Shown: piece after piece, positions 8,958 to 18,398 of the stretch
How the letters are laid out: the number at the start of each line of letters is the position of its first letter
Numbering within the stretch: the first letter of the stretch is position 1
IMG/VR virus record: IMGVR_UViG_3300032250_000163
Location: 1-42,003 of that record
Source: a virus
Taxonomy: Duplodnaviria > Caudoviricetes
Reading direction: 5' to 3' (one strand)
DNA: 42,003 bases
Notes under the pieces: generated by a model
The model's database searches: none
What the model saw: only the letters and a program-made list of their open reading frames with translations
Told to the model about the DNA's origin: nothing
Made by a program: the position numbers and the translations under genes

Positions 8958-10338
8958 TGACTGCTTCTCTAAATTCAGGACTATTGTTATTGACTTGTGA
9001 GTATGCCGTTGGTGAACTATCTTTAGTTATCTCTAAAACGGTTTGATACACACCACCTGAACTGATAATGTGTCGCACAGCACTCACCAAATATGTTCCA
9101 GAATAATATCTATCCAAGTCTTTTTTCGTGTTAGAAGGCTTCAATGTTAATAGATTAAACTCAATCGTTCTGCCAGCCGTAATACCAGGATCACCAGGTA
9201 TTGTAATTTTGACAATCGTATGATTTGCCAGACCTAACTGTGCTGTTCGTAAAGGAATATAGTTCTCGATTGAAATGTCTTTTGCAACCGAACCAGGAAT
9301 ATCTTTAACATACTGCAATTGATTCTGTGATGCATTGGATGTTGATACTTTAATACGAGAATCTGAGGATTCATTCTGTGTTTTACCTAAACGATTCTTT
9401 AATGGTACCAATACACTATTTTGATTTAATGAAGATGTTTTCTTTTCTTCAAAGTAGGTGTTGTAATTGAATTCAACAGTTTTATATGTTCTTGCCAATG
9501 GATCAATTGAAATCAGTTTATTGGCAAACGCACCAGAATTAATATCATTCAAAGCATCGTATGTCTTTACAAATTCATAATCCAATACGGTGATTGTTTT
9601 CTCTTGAAAGTCCTGAATCGCATCATCAATATTCTTGGCCTGATAACGGTATGTACCATAGATAGGTTCTTTAAACATTGATTGCAAAGAACGATAATTA
9701 AATCCATTCTTCGTTTCAAAAAATAACATATCTGCGCCAACAGTACCGGTAGACTTAGGTCTCGCATAAGTGGACAACCAACTGATTGCTTCAAATGGCT
9801 TTAATCTTGGTATTACAAAATCATAAAGACCGATTGTTTCTTCAATCTTTTGTATGTTGGTCTTTTTAACTTTTAATTTATCGATTAGAATACTTTCAAC
9901 CATACTTGATATTTTTGTGCCTGAATATGATTTACTAATTTTGGTTTGTTCTGACAATAACAATTCTTCCGAACAGAAGTATAATGTGTATACCTCACTA
10001 TTCAGATTACCACTAGGTTTTCTATCACTTGTCTTGTAGATACGGAACAACTGGTCGGTAGAATTTGTGCCTGTTCTTATCTTACCAAAGTTAATCTCAA
10101 TGAATTCATTACCAGTCAATTGAAACATCTCTAAAAAACCTTGAGCATCAACGATTGTGATATAACCAGATGTTACAAAACTATAAATGTCCTCATAGTA
10201 CGACAGTTCAACCAATAACCTTTTTAACTCAAATCTCTGCCCACTACTCATGAGCAGGTTTAATGTTTGAATCGAAAAATCTTGTGGATAATACGCACCA
10301 GGAGATTCAACGACAGATGTTGGTTGATTGTTTTCCAT
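8950..10338 (-). CDS. Baseplate hub/tail protein (gp27-like position)
   Basis: 462 aa between gp53 and gp5; YYEDIYS..SG.I...D, FFETKNGFNYRSL and IPGDPGITAG...SGTYLVSAVRH are typical of hub proteins. Confidence 0.7.
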   Translation of the reverse strand: MENNQPTSVVESPGAYYPQDFSIQTLNLLMSSGQRFELKRLLVELSYYEDIYSFVTSGYITIVDAQGFLEMFQLTGNEFIEINFGKIRTGTNSTDQLFRIYKTSDRKPSGNLNSEVYTLYFCSEELLLSEQTKISKSYSGTKISSMVESILIDKLKVKKTNIQKIEETIGLYDFVIPRLKPFEAISWLSTYARPKSTGTVGADMLFFETKNGFNYRSLQSMFKEPIYGTYRYQAKNIDDAIQDFQEKTITVLDYEFVKTYDALNDINSGAFANKLISIDPLARTYKTVEFNYNTYFEEKKTSSLNQNSVLVPLKNRLGKTQNESSDSRIKVSTSNASQNQLQYVKDIPGSVAKDISIENYIPLRTAQLGLANHTIVKITIPGDPGITAGRTIEFNLLTLKPSNTKKDLDRYYSGTYLVSAVRHIISSGGVYQTVLEITKDSSPTAYSQVNNNSPEFREAVNE

Positions 10339-10339
10339 A

Positions 10340-10936
10340 TTATGACATTAATGATTTAAACTGTTGTTCCATTTGGTCAACATAAACCGAATTCAAAATG
10401 TTTATCTTTCTTTTAGATTCATTCAACTCATACTCATAGTCATATATTGTCACAATTCTTTTTGTGGTTTCAACTGTAACCGATGTATTACCTATCGTGT
10501 ATGTTTGTTTGTTTTGAACGAGTATATTGTATTCTTGTTCATTAATATCAATAGTGTTAATGGTTATCTTGTTGGTACCATTATCTGTTTGTGTGAGTTT
10601 TTTCTCGTAACTATACACCGTTGTGGTAGTATTACCTGATGGGTACTTCTCTGCCATATAATTTTTAAATACAGTAGAACTCATTGGCCAAGACCATTGT
10701 GGGTCTAACAGTTCATTTGCAAACAATACAATCCAATACCGATACGAATCACCATAGTACTTGTATGCAACGATTTCTGGTGTGTCGCCTTCTTGAATAT
10801 CATAAGAGTAATATACCAAAGGATTCTTTAATACATCTGGTATAACACTAGCACGAGCCAGTAGATTGGTGAATACACGAGAAACACCAACATTATCGGT
10901 TTGAATTATTTTTGGTAGTGTGTCAAAGTATTGCAT
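10340..10936 (-). CDS. gp53: Baseplate wedge subunit gp53
   Basis: MQYFDTLPKI, YDIQEGDTPEIVAYKYYGDSYRYWIVLFAN..DPQWSWP and YEYELNESKRKI. Confidence 0.9.
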   Translation of the reverse strand: MQYFDTLPKIIQTDNVGVSRVFTNLLARASVIPDVLKNPLVYYSYDIQEGDTPEIVAYKYYGDSYRYWIVLFANELLDPQWSWPMSSTVFKNYMAEKYPSGNTTTTVYSYEKKLTQTDNGTNKITINTIDINEQEYNILVQNKQTYTIGNTSVTVETTKRIVTIYDYEYELNESKRKINILNSVYVDQMEQQFKSLMS

Positions 10937-10938
10937 TT

Positions 10939-11880
10939 TTAATATCCAGCCTGAATTTTATCTTTATCAACGAGTTCAATCTCTTTGAAGTTGATTGTGA
11001 GTGTGGTTTGAACAGGTGCACCATCATCATGTGCAGCCCAACCGTTAGGTGCATAGTTTACATCAATATTCTCAATCACGCTTTCTGTTACTTTAGTTAC
11101 ATTGGTATTGCGTTGACCATTGAACAAAAAGTCTAAATTGAATGTCGATGGAGGTACAAAAAACATACCCGCAGCCGAAGTAGTAATTTGTGGTGCTGCA
11201 TGGTAACGAAATAGTTTAATAATTTCTTTCACAGTTTCAGCCTCTTGCCGTGAATATGGTGTGAAAGTAAATGCCATTTGATAGGTTCTAAAGTCAATAC
11301 CATCAAATAATAATTGTTGTTGTGGGTTGATTGCAAGGCCTTGTGTTGAGAGTGCCAATCGTGCTGCATTGGATTGTGCTGCACTAAGACCTAATGTTCC
11401 CATATTGGCTAGTGTTCCCATTATAGGAACATTTTTTAATGCCGAAGCCGCAGTACCAGCTACTTCATTTGCAACCTGTTGTAAACTTAAATTGCCATAT
11501 CCTGCATTGTATTGAAAATTCAATGTGTCTGGAATATATAAAGAGATGGTCGCAACTTTTCGTTTGTTCTTTGGTTTAAAATTCAATGTCTTTTGTGCAT
11601 CACCAGAAAAGAAGTTTTTAACTGAATTGAATTGTTCTTTTAAACCTTCAACCGATGTGCCTTTACTTATAAACGATTTGGCTTCTTCATAAGTAACAGG
11701 TGAAATCTCATTGATTGAAAACTGAACAATGTGACCTTTTGTTGCTGAACCTAAATTTCTTGGATATTGATAACTATTCACACCAAATTTATTACCAAAC
11801 AACGCACCTAGTGGTCCGTTGATAAGATTGCCTGGTATTGATACACCACCGATTGAGGTTGGTATGGAAATGATGGCCAT
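10939..11880 (-). CDS. gp48: Baseplate tail tube cap gp48
   Basis: YQYP, INPQQQLLFDGIDFRTYQMAFTFTP.S..EAE.VKEIIK.F and PVQTTLTINFKEIE. Confidence 0.85.
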   Translation of the reverse strand: MAIISIPTSIGGVSIPGNLINGPLGALFGNKFGVNSYQYPRNLGSATKGHIVQFSINEISPVTYEEAKSFISKGTSVEGLKEQFNSVKNFFSGDAQKTLNFKPKNKRKVATISLYIPDTLNFQYNAGYGNLSLQQVANEVAGTAASALKNVPIMGTLANMGTLGLSAAQSNAARLALSTQGLAINPQQQLLFDGIDFRTYQMAFTFTPYSRQEAETVKEIIKLFRYHAAPQITTSAAGMFFVPPSTFNLDFLFNGQRNTNVTKVTESVIENIDVNYAPNGWAAHDDGAPVQTTLTINFKEIELVDKDKIQAGY

Positions 11881-11917
11881 TTAAAATCTCTTTTAATGTG
11901 TTGAATATATATTATTT

Positions 11918-12352
11918 ATGGCTTATTCCGGACGATTTACACCTCGAAATCCTCAAAAATACATTGGGGATTATAAAAATATCATTTACCGCTCTTCGTG
12001 GGAGTGCAAGATGATGGATTGGCTCGATAGAAATCCCAATATCATCTCTTGGGCTTCTGAGGAATTGATCATACCATACCTTTCTCCTGTAGATGGCCGC
12101 TGGCACCGGTACTTTCCTGACTTTCTTGTGAAGATGAGAACGAAAGATGGTAAGTTAAAAACCATGTTGCTTGAAGTCAAACCAAAAAAACAATCTCAAC
12201 CACCAGAACCACAGAAAAGAGTGACTAAACGATACATCAATGAGGTTGTAACTTATGGAGTAAACCAGTCCAAATGGAAAGCCGCAACAGAATACTGTCT
12301 AGACCGTGGTTGGGAGTTTCAAGTTATCACGGAAGACCACTTGGGACTGTAA
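11918..12352 (+). CDS. gp4: Head completion protein gp4 (TnsA-like nuclease fold)
   Basis: MAYSGRFTPRNPQKYIGD..IIYRSSWE, WASEE..IPY.SP.D...HRYFPDF, EVKP and NQSKWKAA. Confidence 0.9.
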   Translation: MAYSGRFTPRNPQKYIGDYKNIIYRSSWECKMMDWLDRNPNIISWASEELIIPYLSPVDGRWHRYFPDFLVKMRTKDGKLKTMLLEVKPKKQSQPPEPQKRVTKRYINEVVTYGVNQSKWKAATEYCLDRGWEFQVITEDHLGL

Positions 12353-12364
12353 CTAAATAATCTA

Positions 12365-12958
12365 ATGGCATATACATCTAAACTCACCACCTTAGCGAAA
12401 CAAAAGACGGCAGCGCAATTACAAACTGCCAGTCGTGATTCGTATCGTTGGTTAATGAAGAAGATTGGTGAATTGAACAATCCAACAAGCATTGCTTCGG
12501 TGATTGCTCGTGAAGATAGAGGCAACCGATTCATTAATGGTGGATTATACTATTTCTATTATGATCCAAAAGGTAAGGCTGATTTACCATATTATGATCG
12601 TTTTCCTTTGGTATTGGTATTAGAGATATACAAAGATGGTTTTCTAGGTCTGAACCTGCATTATTTGCCAATTCGTCAACGAATCGGTCTTTTGGATAAT
12701 TTGATGGAATACGCTGACCTAGACAAAAACAAAGATATTCTGCGTATGCGTGTCACCTATGACATATTAAACGCCTCCAAGCGTTTTAAAGAGTTCAAAC
12801 CGTGTCTTAAAAAGTATTTGTTCGGCCATGTCCAGTCAAAGATACTTGCCGTTCAGCCAAATGAGTGGGACATTGCGGCATTCTTGCCAATTCAGCAATT
12901 CAGAAAAGCCACCACATCAGAAGTGTGGCAAGATTCACTAGAAGAAATAAGGAAATAA
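12365..12958 (+). CDS. gp2: DNA end protector protein gp2
   Basis: YYDPKGK..LPYYDRFPLV...GFLGLNLHYLP and KPCLKKYL..HV.S. Confidence 0.9.
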   Translation: MAYTSKLTTLAKQKTAAQLQTASRDSYRWLMKKIGELNNPTSIASVIAREDRGNRFINGGLYYFYYDPKGKADLPYYDRFPLVLVLEIYKDGFLGLNLHYLPIRQRIGLLDNLMEYADLDKNKDILRMRVTYDILNASKRFKEFKPCLKKYLFGHVQSKILAVQPNEWDIAAFLPIQQFRKATTSEVWQDSLEEIRK

Positions 12959-12959
12959 A

Positions 12960-13625
12960 ATGGCAGGTAATATTAACGATTTCAAAGCCAGTTTTCAAAA
13001 AGATTTATCCCGTCCACATAAATTCGATGTGAATATTCCTATTCCATTGACATTGATACCTTATATTAGTTCTGCAAAATCTCTCAACTATCGTTGTGAA
13101 AATGCACAACTTCCTGGTAGAACATTTGCAACAGCCGAACAAAAGACATACGGACCTGTAGAAAAATATCCATACCTAAACACATACACCGATATTGATT
13201 TGACATTTATTGTCGATGATGATATGTCACAGAAGATATTCTTTGATGCGTGGATGAATTTTATCAACCCTTTGTATAACAATAATATGCGATATAAAGG
13301 TGATTACTCAACCGTTCTTACTGTAAACCAATATGATGTTACAAACAATATTTCTTATTCTTGTAATCTATATGATGCTTATCCTATTTCCATGAATCAA
13401 ATGGATTTAGATTGGGGTGCAGATGGGTACCATAAACTGAATGTAACCTTCGCCTACACATACTGGCAGAACAACTCATTGCAGGCTCTTGGTATGGAGT
13501 TTGTCGATGCAGGTATCAATGCAGTAAACAATATTGTTGGTGGCCTTGGCGGCAATGCCGTTGGTGCTGCTGGCACTGGAGTAAATAACTTTATCAATGA
13601 TATAGCGTCTACTTTCCGTAGATAA
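12960..13625 (+). CDS. gp54: Tail tube initiator gp54 (gp19-like fold)
   Basis: CENAQLPGR, LTFIVDDDM..K.FFDAW, LYDAYP.S...LDW and KLNVTFAY; located between gp2 and gp26. Confidence 0.75.
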   Translation: MAGNINDFKASFQKDLSRPHKFDVNIPIPLTLIPYISSAKSLNYRCENAQLPGRTFATAEQKTYGPVEKYPYLNTYTDIDLTFIVDDDMSQKIFFDAWMNFINPLYNNNMRYKGDYSTVLTVNQYDVTNNISYSCNLYDAYPISMNQMDLDWGADGYHKLNVTFAYTYWQNNSLQALGMEFVDAGINAVNNIVGGLGGNAVGAAGTGVNNFINDIASTFRR

Positions 13626-13647
13626 TTTTTAATGGAGTGAAAATAAG

Positions 13648-14373
13648 ATGGCATTACCAAAACTTGATGTACCAACATATGAAATAGAATTGCCGGTATC
13701 AAAGAAAAGGATCAAATATAGACCTTTTCTTGTGAAAGAACAAAAGAATCTTTTGATGGCAATCGAATCAAATGAATCTAAAACGATTCAACAGAATGTA
13801 AAAGACATTCTTTATAATTGCACCTTAACAGAAGGTGTTGATATTGAGAAACTGCCTATCATTGATGTAGAATACTACTTTATCAATCTTCGTGCCAAGT
13901 CGGTAGGTGAATCGGTACAATCTCGATATCGTTGCAACAATGAGGTTGATGGTAAAGAGTGTGGCAACATCATGGAAAAAGATATTAATCTGTTAGAACT
14001 AAAGGTGCAGATTGATCCTTCTGTTAATCCTGAAATTCAACTCACCAATACTGTATCAATCAAAATGAAATATCCAGAGTTTGGTATGGTACAAGATTCA
14101 TTGAACTATGATGACATTACTGATATCACATTCAATATGATTGCTAATAGTATAGAATACATTTATGATGGCGAACAGTTCTATTATGGATACGAAGCTC
14201 AGCCAGGTGAGATGTTAGAGTTTGTAGAAGGTATGAATCAAGAACAGTTTGCTAAGGTGGAAGAATTCTTTAACAAACTACCAAAGTTAAAAGAAACATT
14301 AGATATTAAATGTGGTAAGTGTGGTTTCCAACACAATATTGAAGTAGAAGGACTTGAAAGTTTTTTCGGTTAA
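13648..14373 (+). CDS. gp26: Baseplate hub assembly protein gp26
   Basis: MALPKLDVPTYEIELP, YRPFLVKEQK.LLMA, DVEYYFINLRAKSVGE and a C-terminal CxxC...EGLESFF. Confidence 0.9.
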   Translation: MALPKLDVPTYEIELPVSKKRIKYRPFLVKEQKNLLMAIESNESKTIQQNVKDILYNCTLTEGVDIEKLPIIDVEYYFINLRAKSVGESVQSRYRCNNEVDGKECGNIMEKDINLLELKVQIDPSVNPEIQLTNTVSIKMKYPEFGMVQDSLNYDDITDITFNMIANSIEYIYDGEQFYYGYEAQPGEMLEFVEGMNQEQFAKVEEFFNKLPKLKETLDIKCGKCGFQHNIEVEGLESFFG

Positions 14374-14423
14374 CATTTCGTCATGACAATTTAAAGAATT
14401 ACTATAAAACGAATTTTTCGTTG

Positions 14424-14555
14424 ATGCAGCACCATAAGTATAGCTTGACCGAACTTGAAAACATGATACCTTGGGAAAGAGACGTTTACATTTCCTTGTT
14501 GATTTCGTACATTGAAGAAGAAAACCAGAAAATACGAGAAAGACAAAAGAGATAG
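14424..14555 (+). CDS. gp51: Baseplate hub assembly protein gp51 (43 aa from the first ATG; probably also or only made as a gp26-gp51 frameshift product; not in the ORF track)
   Basis: MQHHKYSLTELENMIPWERDVYISLLISYIEEENQKIRERQKR is the gp51 signature of T4-like cyanophages. The frame stays open upstream through 14361 with no ATG. Confidence 0.85.
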   Translation: MQHHKYSLTELENMIPWERDVYISLLISYIEEENQKIRERQKR

Positions 14556-14558
14556 TAA

Positions 14559-16073
14559 ATGGATTACGACAAGGCTGAAGAACTACGAAAGAAATCTTTC
14601 GGTTCACTATTGGGTGAACAAGAAGGTGGCCTTGGCGCATCTTTAAAATCTGCAATCTCCCAAAAAACACAAGCAAAAATCACTGGCATCAAAGAGAAAT
14701 TTGATCCTATGAATATTGCTCGAGCTGTTGGTGGTAAAACTGGTGCTGCCGTTTATGGTAAAGTATTTGGTCGTGACCAAAAGTCTATGGAAAGATTTGC
14801 TGGTACAAGAAAGAAAAGAATATCAGCAACTGATAATGTTGGTAAAGCTTCTGGTGATTCTTCTCCTGCTGATGTACTTGGTTTAATTTATAGAATGATG
14901 TTGCGTAATGCAGAAGATGCTAAATTACAAAATGAGTTAAAACAAAACAAAAGAGAAGAAGAAGATAAAGAAGAAAAGGATCGTAATCAACAATTGATAC
15001 GAGCCCTTACTGGTAGAAAAAAAGAACCCACAAGAAAAGAAAAGAAGGCTGAAAGAAGAGCTGAGCGTAAAGAAGAAAAAAAAGTTGAAGCTAAAGCTAA
15101 AGAAGAAGCCAAACCAAAGGTAAAACCTGCAAAAGAAGAAGCACCAAAAGCACCAGCTAAGGCGCCAGAAATAAAGCCAAAAGTTGAAAAAGCACCACCA
15201 GTAAAAGAAGCGCCAAAACCAACAGCCAAACCATCCGCTCCAACACCTACTGCTAAACCACCTACGGCTGCAAAAGTTCCGCCGGTTATGATAGGTGGTT
15301 CCAAAGGACTTGTATTGAGTGCATTAGTTGCTGCTGGATACTCAAAATCAGCACAGGCCAATATGATGGCCAACGTTGAAAAAGAATCAAATTTTAATCC
15401 ACGAAGTGAAGAAGTTCCAAAACCAGAAAAAATATTTTCAATGTTTGGTCCTCCTGGTGTAAAAGGTGGACAACCAGAAAATGGAAAAAATAAAGTTAGG
15501 TTTCAAACACTACAAGATGCTCAAGATATCGTAGCTGCTGGACCAGAAGCATACTTTAATAAAGTCTATGATGGCCGAATGGGTAATACATCTCCAGGCG
15601 ATGGTTACAAATATCGTGGCAGAGGATTTATACAAATCACAGGAAAAGATATGTATAATCGTGTTGGTAAAATGATTGGTGAAGATTTAGTTAGTAATCC
15701 TGATTCGGCTAATAAACCTGAAATAGCTGCAAAAATTATTCCAGCTTTCTTTCAATTAAAATTAAAAGAAAGAAAACTTAATGCTGAAGATTATAATGAT
15801 ATAAATGTTGTAAACACGGTGGTTGGCGGTGCTGATATGAAATCCAGAGAGCAAAGAAAGACTTTGGCTGCTGCATATGCAAATGAATTAAATATTGGTA
15901 ATCAAATAGATTCTTCTTCCAAAGAAAATAAAGATTTGAAAGTTAAACCGAATGATAGTGCATCACCAGTTATAATTAACAATACAACCAGCACACAACA
16001 AACAACCAAAACAACACCAAAACCACAAGGTGGTGATGATAGAAGTGCTTATCAAAAAAAGAACCAGGGATAA
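14559..16073 (+). CDS. Tape-measure-like tail protein with a GH19 (chitinase/lysozyme class) muramidase domain
   Basis: Helical charged N-terminus, K/P/A-rich linker, then EKESNF...YDGRMGNTSPGDGYKYRGRGFIQITGKDMY (GH19 motif); follows gp26/gp51. Confidence 0.75.
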   Translation: MDYDKAEELRKKSFGSLLGEQEGGLGASLKSAISQKTQAKITGIKEKFDPMNIARAVGGKTGAAVYGKVFGRDQKSMERFAGTRKKRISATDNVGKASGDSSPADVLGLIYRMMLRNAEDAKLQNELKQNKREEEDKEEKDRNQQLIRALTGRKKEPTRKEKKAERRAERKEEKKVEAKAKEEAKPKVKPAKEEAPKAPAKAPEIKPKVEKAPPVKEAPKPTAKPSAPTPTAKPPTAAKVPPVMIGGSKGLVLSALVAAGYSKSAQANMMANVEKESNFNPRSEEVPKPEKIFSMFGPPGVKGGQPENGKNKVRFQTLQDAQDIVAAGPEAYFNKVYDGRMGNTSPGDGYKYRGRGFIQITGKDMYNRVGKMIGEDLVSNPDSANKPEIAAKIIPAFFQLKLKERKLNAEDYNDINVVNTVVGGADMKSREQRKTLAAAYANELNIGNQIDSSSKENKDLKVKPNDSASPVIINNTTSTQQTTKTTPKPQGGDDRSAYQKKNQG

Positions 16074-16076
16074 CAA

Positions 16077-17357
16077 ATGGAAATGACCTATCAACAAGCT
16101 GAAAGACTGAGAGGTAAATCTTTTGGTTCTCTTTTAGGTGAACAAGAAGGTGGCTTAGGCGAATCTTTAAGAAAAACTCTGTCATTAAAAAGTAAAGCAA
16201 GAATGACTGGTATCAAAGAAAGATTTGATCCTTTGAATATTGCCAAGTTTTTAACTGGTGGATCCAATTTTGCACCGGCTGCATTAGGTAAGTTATTTGG
16301 TCGTAGTAAAGAAGATATTTCTCGGTTCTCTGGATCAAAATTAAGAGATGTATCTGGTACAGCAACTAAAATAGGATCATTAGAAAGTGAAAATGAAACT
16401 TTAAGTATATTATTAAAAATATATGAGTTGATGAGAAAATCAAATGAAGATAAAATTGCACAACGAGATGCAGAAAATGCGTTTGCTGAAGAAAACAAAT
16501 TAGAAAAAGATAGGCAACATAAAGCCTTAATTGCGGCAATTACAGGTAAACCATACGCCGGTGATTTAAATAAATCCACAGCATCAAAAGTAACAGACAC
16601 ACCAAGTCCTAATTTATTTGGTGATTTGTTGGATGTTTTTGGTCTTGGTCGTGATGCTTTATCAATATTAAAAACTGTAGGTAAAATGGCATTGTTTTTT
16701 ACTGGACCTGTTGGTGCAGCCATTCTTGGTGCCACAGCTGTTGGTGCATTAGTGTATGGTTTATATAAAATGTTTAGTAACAAAGAATCCTTTGAAGATC
16801 CAACTTCAGAAGTGAATAAAGGATTGGATCAGGCTAGAGAAATGGGTGGTCTTGCAGGTGTTAAAGATGAAGCAGAACGCCGTAAGAAATTACCAGAATA
16901 TGAAAGAACAATGGCTGAAATTCAAGATTTTCAGCAATATCAAAACGAAGGCGATAAACTTAACGACCAACAACTACAAGGCTTTGCTAAACGAGGACCT
17001 GGTGCTTTAGAAGCCGTTGAAGATTATAAAAAACAAAGAGATACTTACGAAAAAATTTCTGGTATAAAGACACCAGAACCAATCACATCATCTCCAAGTT
17101 CTGCACCAGCGCCAAGTTCTCCTATGAGTGAACCACCAGCAGTTGAGAGTTCATCTACAGGACAAGCACTAAGTGCTGCACAAAGTCAAAACTTGGATTT
17201 AAATATACCCGAAAGTAATACTGATCCCGCTACTGTTGTAAACAATAATTCAGTCAAGAGTTACGATAAGACTGGTACAAAAATTCCTATGCCTTCTGTA
17301 AGGAATCAAGAACCTACTTTTGCCAATATGATATTATACAGTACAAGAGTTGTATAA
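16077..17357 (+). CDS. Tape-measure-like tail protein, paralog of the upstream gene
   Basis: The N-terminal ~165 aa are clearly similar to 14559..16073 (identical SFGSLLGEQEGGLG block); central hydrophobic Gly/Ala segment. Confidence 0.6.
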   Translation: MEMTYQQAERLRGKSFGSLLGEQEGGLGESLRKTLSLKSKARMTGIKERFDPLNIAKFLTGGSNFAPAALGKLFGRSKEDISRFSGSKLRDVSGTATKIGSLESENETLSILLKIYELMRKSNEDKIAQRDAENAFAEENKLEKDRQHKALIAAITGKPYAGDLNKSTASKVTDTPSPNLFGDLLDVFGLGRDALSILKTVGKMALFFTGPVGAAILGATAVGALVYGLYKMFSNKESFEDPTSEVNKGLDQAREMGGLAGVKDEAERRKKLPEYERTMAEIQDFQQYQNEGDKLNDQQLQGFAKRGPGALEAVEDYKKQRDTYEKISGIKTPEPITSSPSSAPAPSSPMSEPPAVESSSTGQALSAAQSQNLDLNIPESNTDPATVVNNNSVKSYDKTGTKIPMPSVRNQEPTFANMILYSTRVV

Positions 17358-17361
17358 TAAC

Positions 17362-17388
17362 CAATAAAAAACCCCGCCGTAGCGGGGT
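17362..17388 (-). terminator. Rho-independent terminator downstream of gp32 (possibly bidirectional)
   Basis: The minus strand reads ACCCCGC-TACG-GCGGGGT followed by TTTTT; it lies between convergent genes. Confidence 0.85.
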
Positions 17389-17408
17389 CTAAACCAAGGG
17401 GTTAAGGT

Positions 17409-18296
17409 TTAATCTTCTTCAGCTAACTTGGCAAAATACGCCATGTCATCTTCATCTTCACCAAGACTAGGTTCAACATCTACTGCCTTCTTAGGTGCAG
17501 CAAACTCTTTTGCCTTTACTTGTTCTACGGTTGTGCGTGGTGCTTCACCATTCAAACCAAGAACCTTATCAAGGCGTTGTTTCAGAGCATCATACGACTT
17601 GAACTCTTTATCAGCAATTAATTCTTGTAGTGAGAAAGAATCTTTCCAGATTTGTTCTAACTTGGCATCATCGTCAGACAATGCAGATGGTGATTCAAAT
17701 TCAGACTTGTCATAGTTCTGATAGCCTTCAACTTTACGAATCTTCAACTTAAAGTTAGCACCTTTCCACATATCAAATGGGTTGATTGCTTCTTCGTCAG
17801 CGAACTGTGGGTTCATTGCTTCAGAAATCTTATCGAAAATCTTCTTGCCGAACTTAAACAATTTAATCTTGCCTTCGTTCTCAGGATGCTTAGGATCAGA
17901 TACGATATAAACATTGGCGATGTAATTCAATTTACGCTTTTGCTTACGAACTACATCTTTGTTGGCTTCGATGCCAGAATTCCATAATGTAGAATTGTGT
18001 TCACATACTGGACATTGTTGGTTCTTTGTGGTCAAACAGTTATCAATTAACCAACCGCCAGGTCCTTGAAAACCGTGGGAGAAAATCTTGACCCATGGCA
18101 GTCCATCGTCACCATCTTTTTCAGATGCTGGCAAGAAACGGATTGTTGCCATACCATTGCCTGATTTGTCTACTTCGGGACGCCAATAGTTATCGGACTT
18201 ATCCGATCCTTCGGTTGAAGTGTTTAGTGCTTCGATTGCTTTGGAGAGTTTGTCGAGATTGCCAGATTGGCGTTTTAGATTTGCAAATGAACTCAT
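17409..18296 (-). CDS. gp32: Single-stranded DNA-binding protein gp32
   Basis: DKSGNG.ATIRFLP, HGFQGPGGWLIDNCLTT...CPVCE, FGKKIFDKI, GANFKLKIRKVEGYQNYDKSEF and an acidic tail. Confidence 0.96.
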   Translation of the reverse strand: MSSFANLKRQSGNLDKLSKAIEALNTSTEGSDKSDNYWRPEVDKSGNGMATIRFLPASEKDGDDGLPWVKIFSHGFQGPGGWLIDNCLTTKNQQCPVCEHNSTLWNSGIEANKDVVRKQKRKLNYIANVYIVSDPKHPENEGKIKLFKFGKKIFDKISEAMNPQFADEEAINPFDMWKGANFKLKIRKVEGYQNYDKSEFESPSALSDDDAKLEQIWKDSFSLQELIADKEFKSYDALKQRLDKVLGLNGEAPRTTVEQVKAKEFAAPKKAVDVEPSLGEDEDDMAYFAKLAEED

Positions 18297-18369
18297 TGTG
18301 TTGCCTTTCGTATTAAACGGAGTATTAACGGAATATAAACTACTTTCAAATTACTTCTCATAATCAACT

Positions 18370-18398
18370 ACTATATCATAATATTTATGCTTTGTCAA
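18370..18398 (-). promoter_or_regulatory. Sigma70-type promoter for gp32, with a late-promoter-like CATAAATA in the spacer
   Basis: TTGACA (18398-18393), a 17-nt spacer, then TATAGT (18375-18370). Confidence 0.7.

Noticed and set aside
11918-12352. TnsA-like transposase suggesting a Tn7 element
   Set aside because: Sequence and position next to gp2 and gp48 identify it as T4 gp4; there is no tnsB/C gene and no transposon ends.
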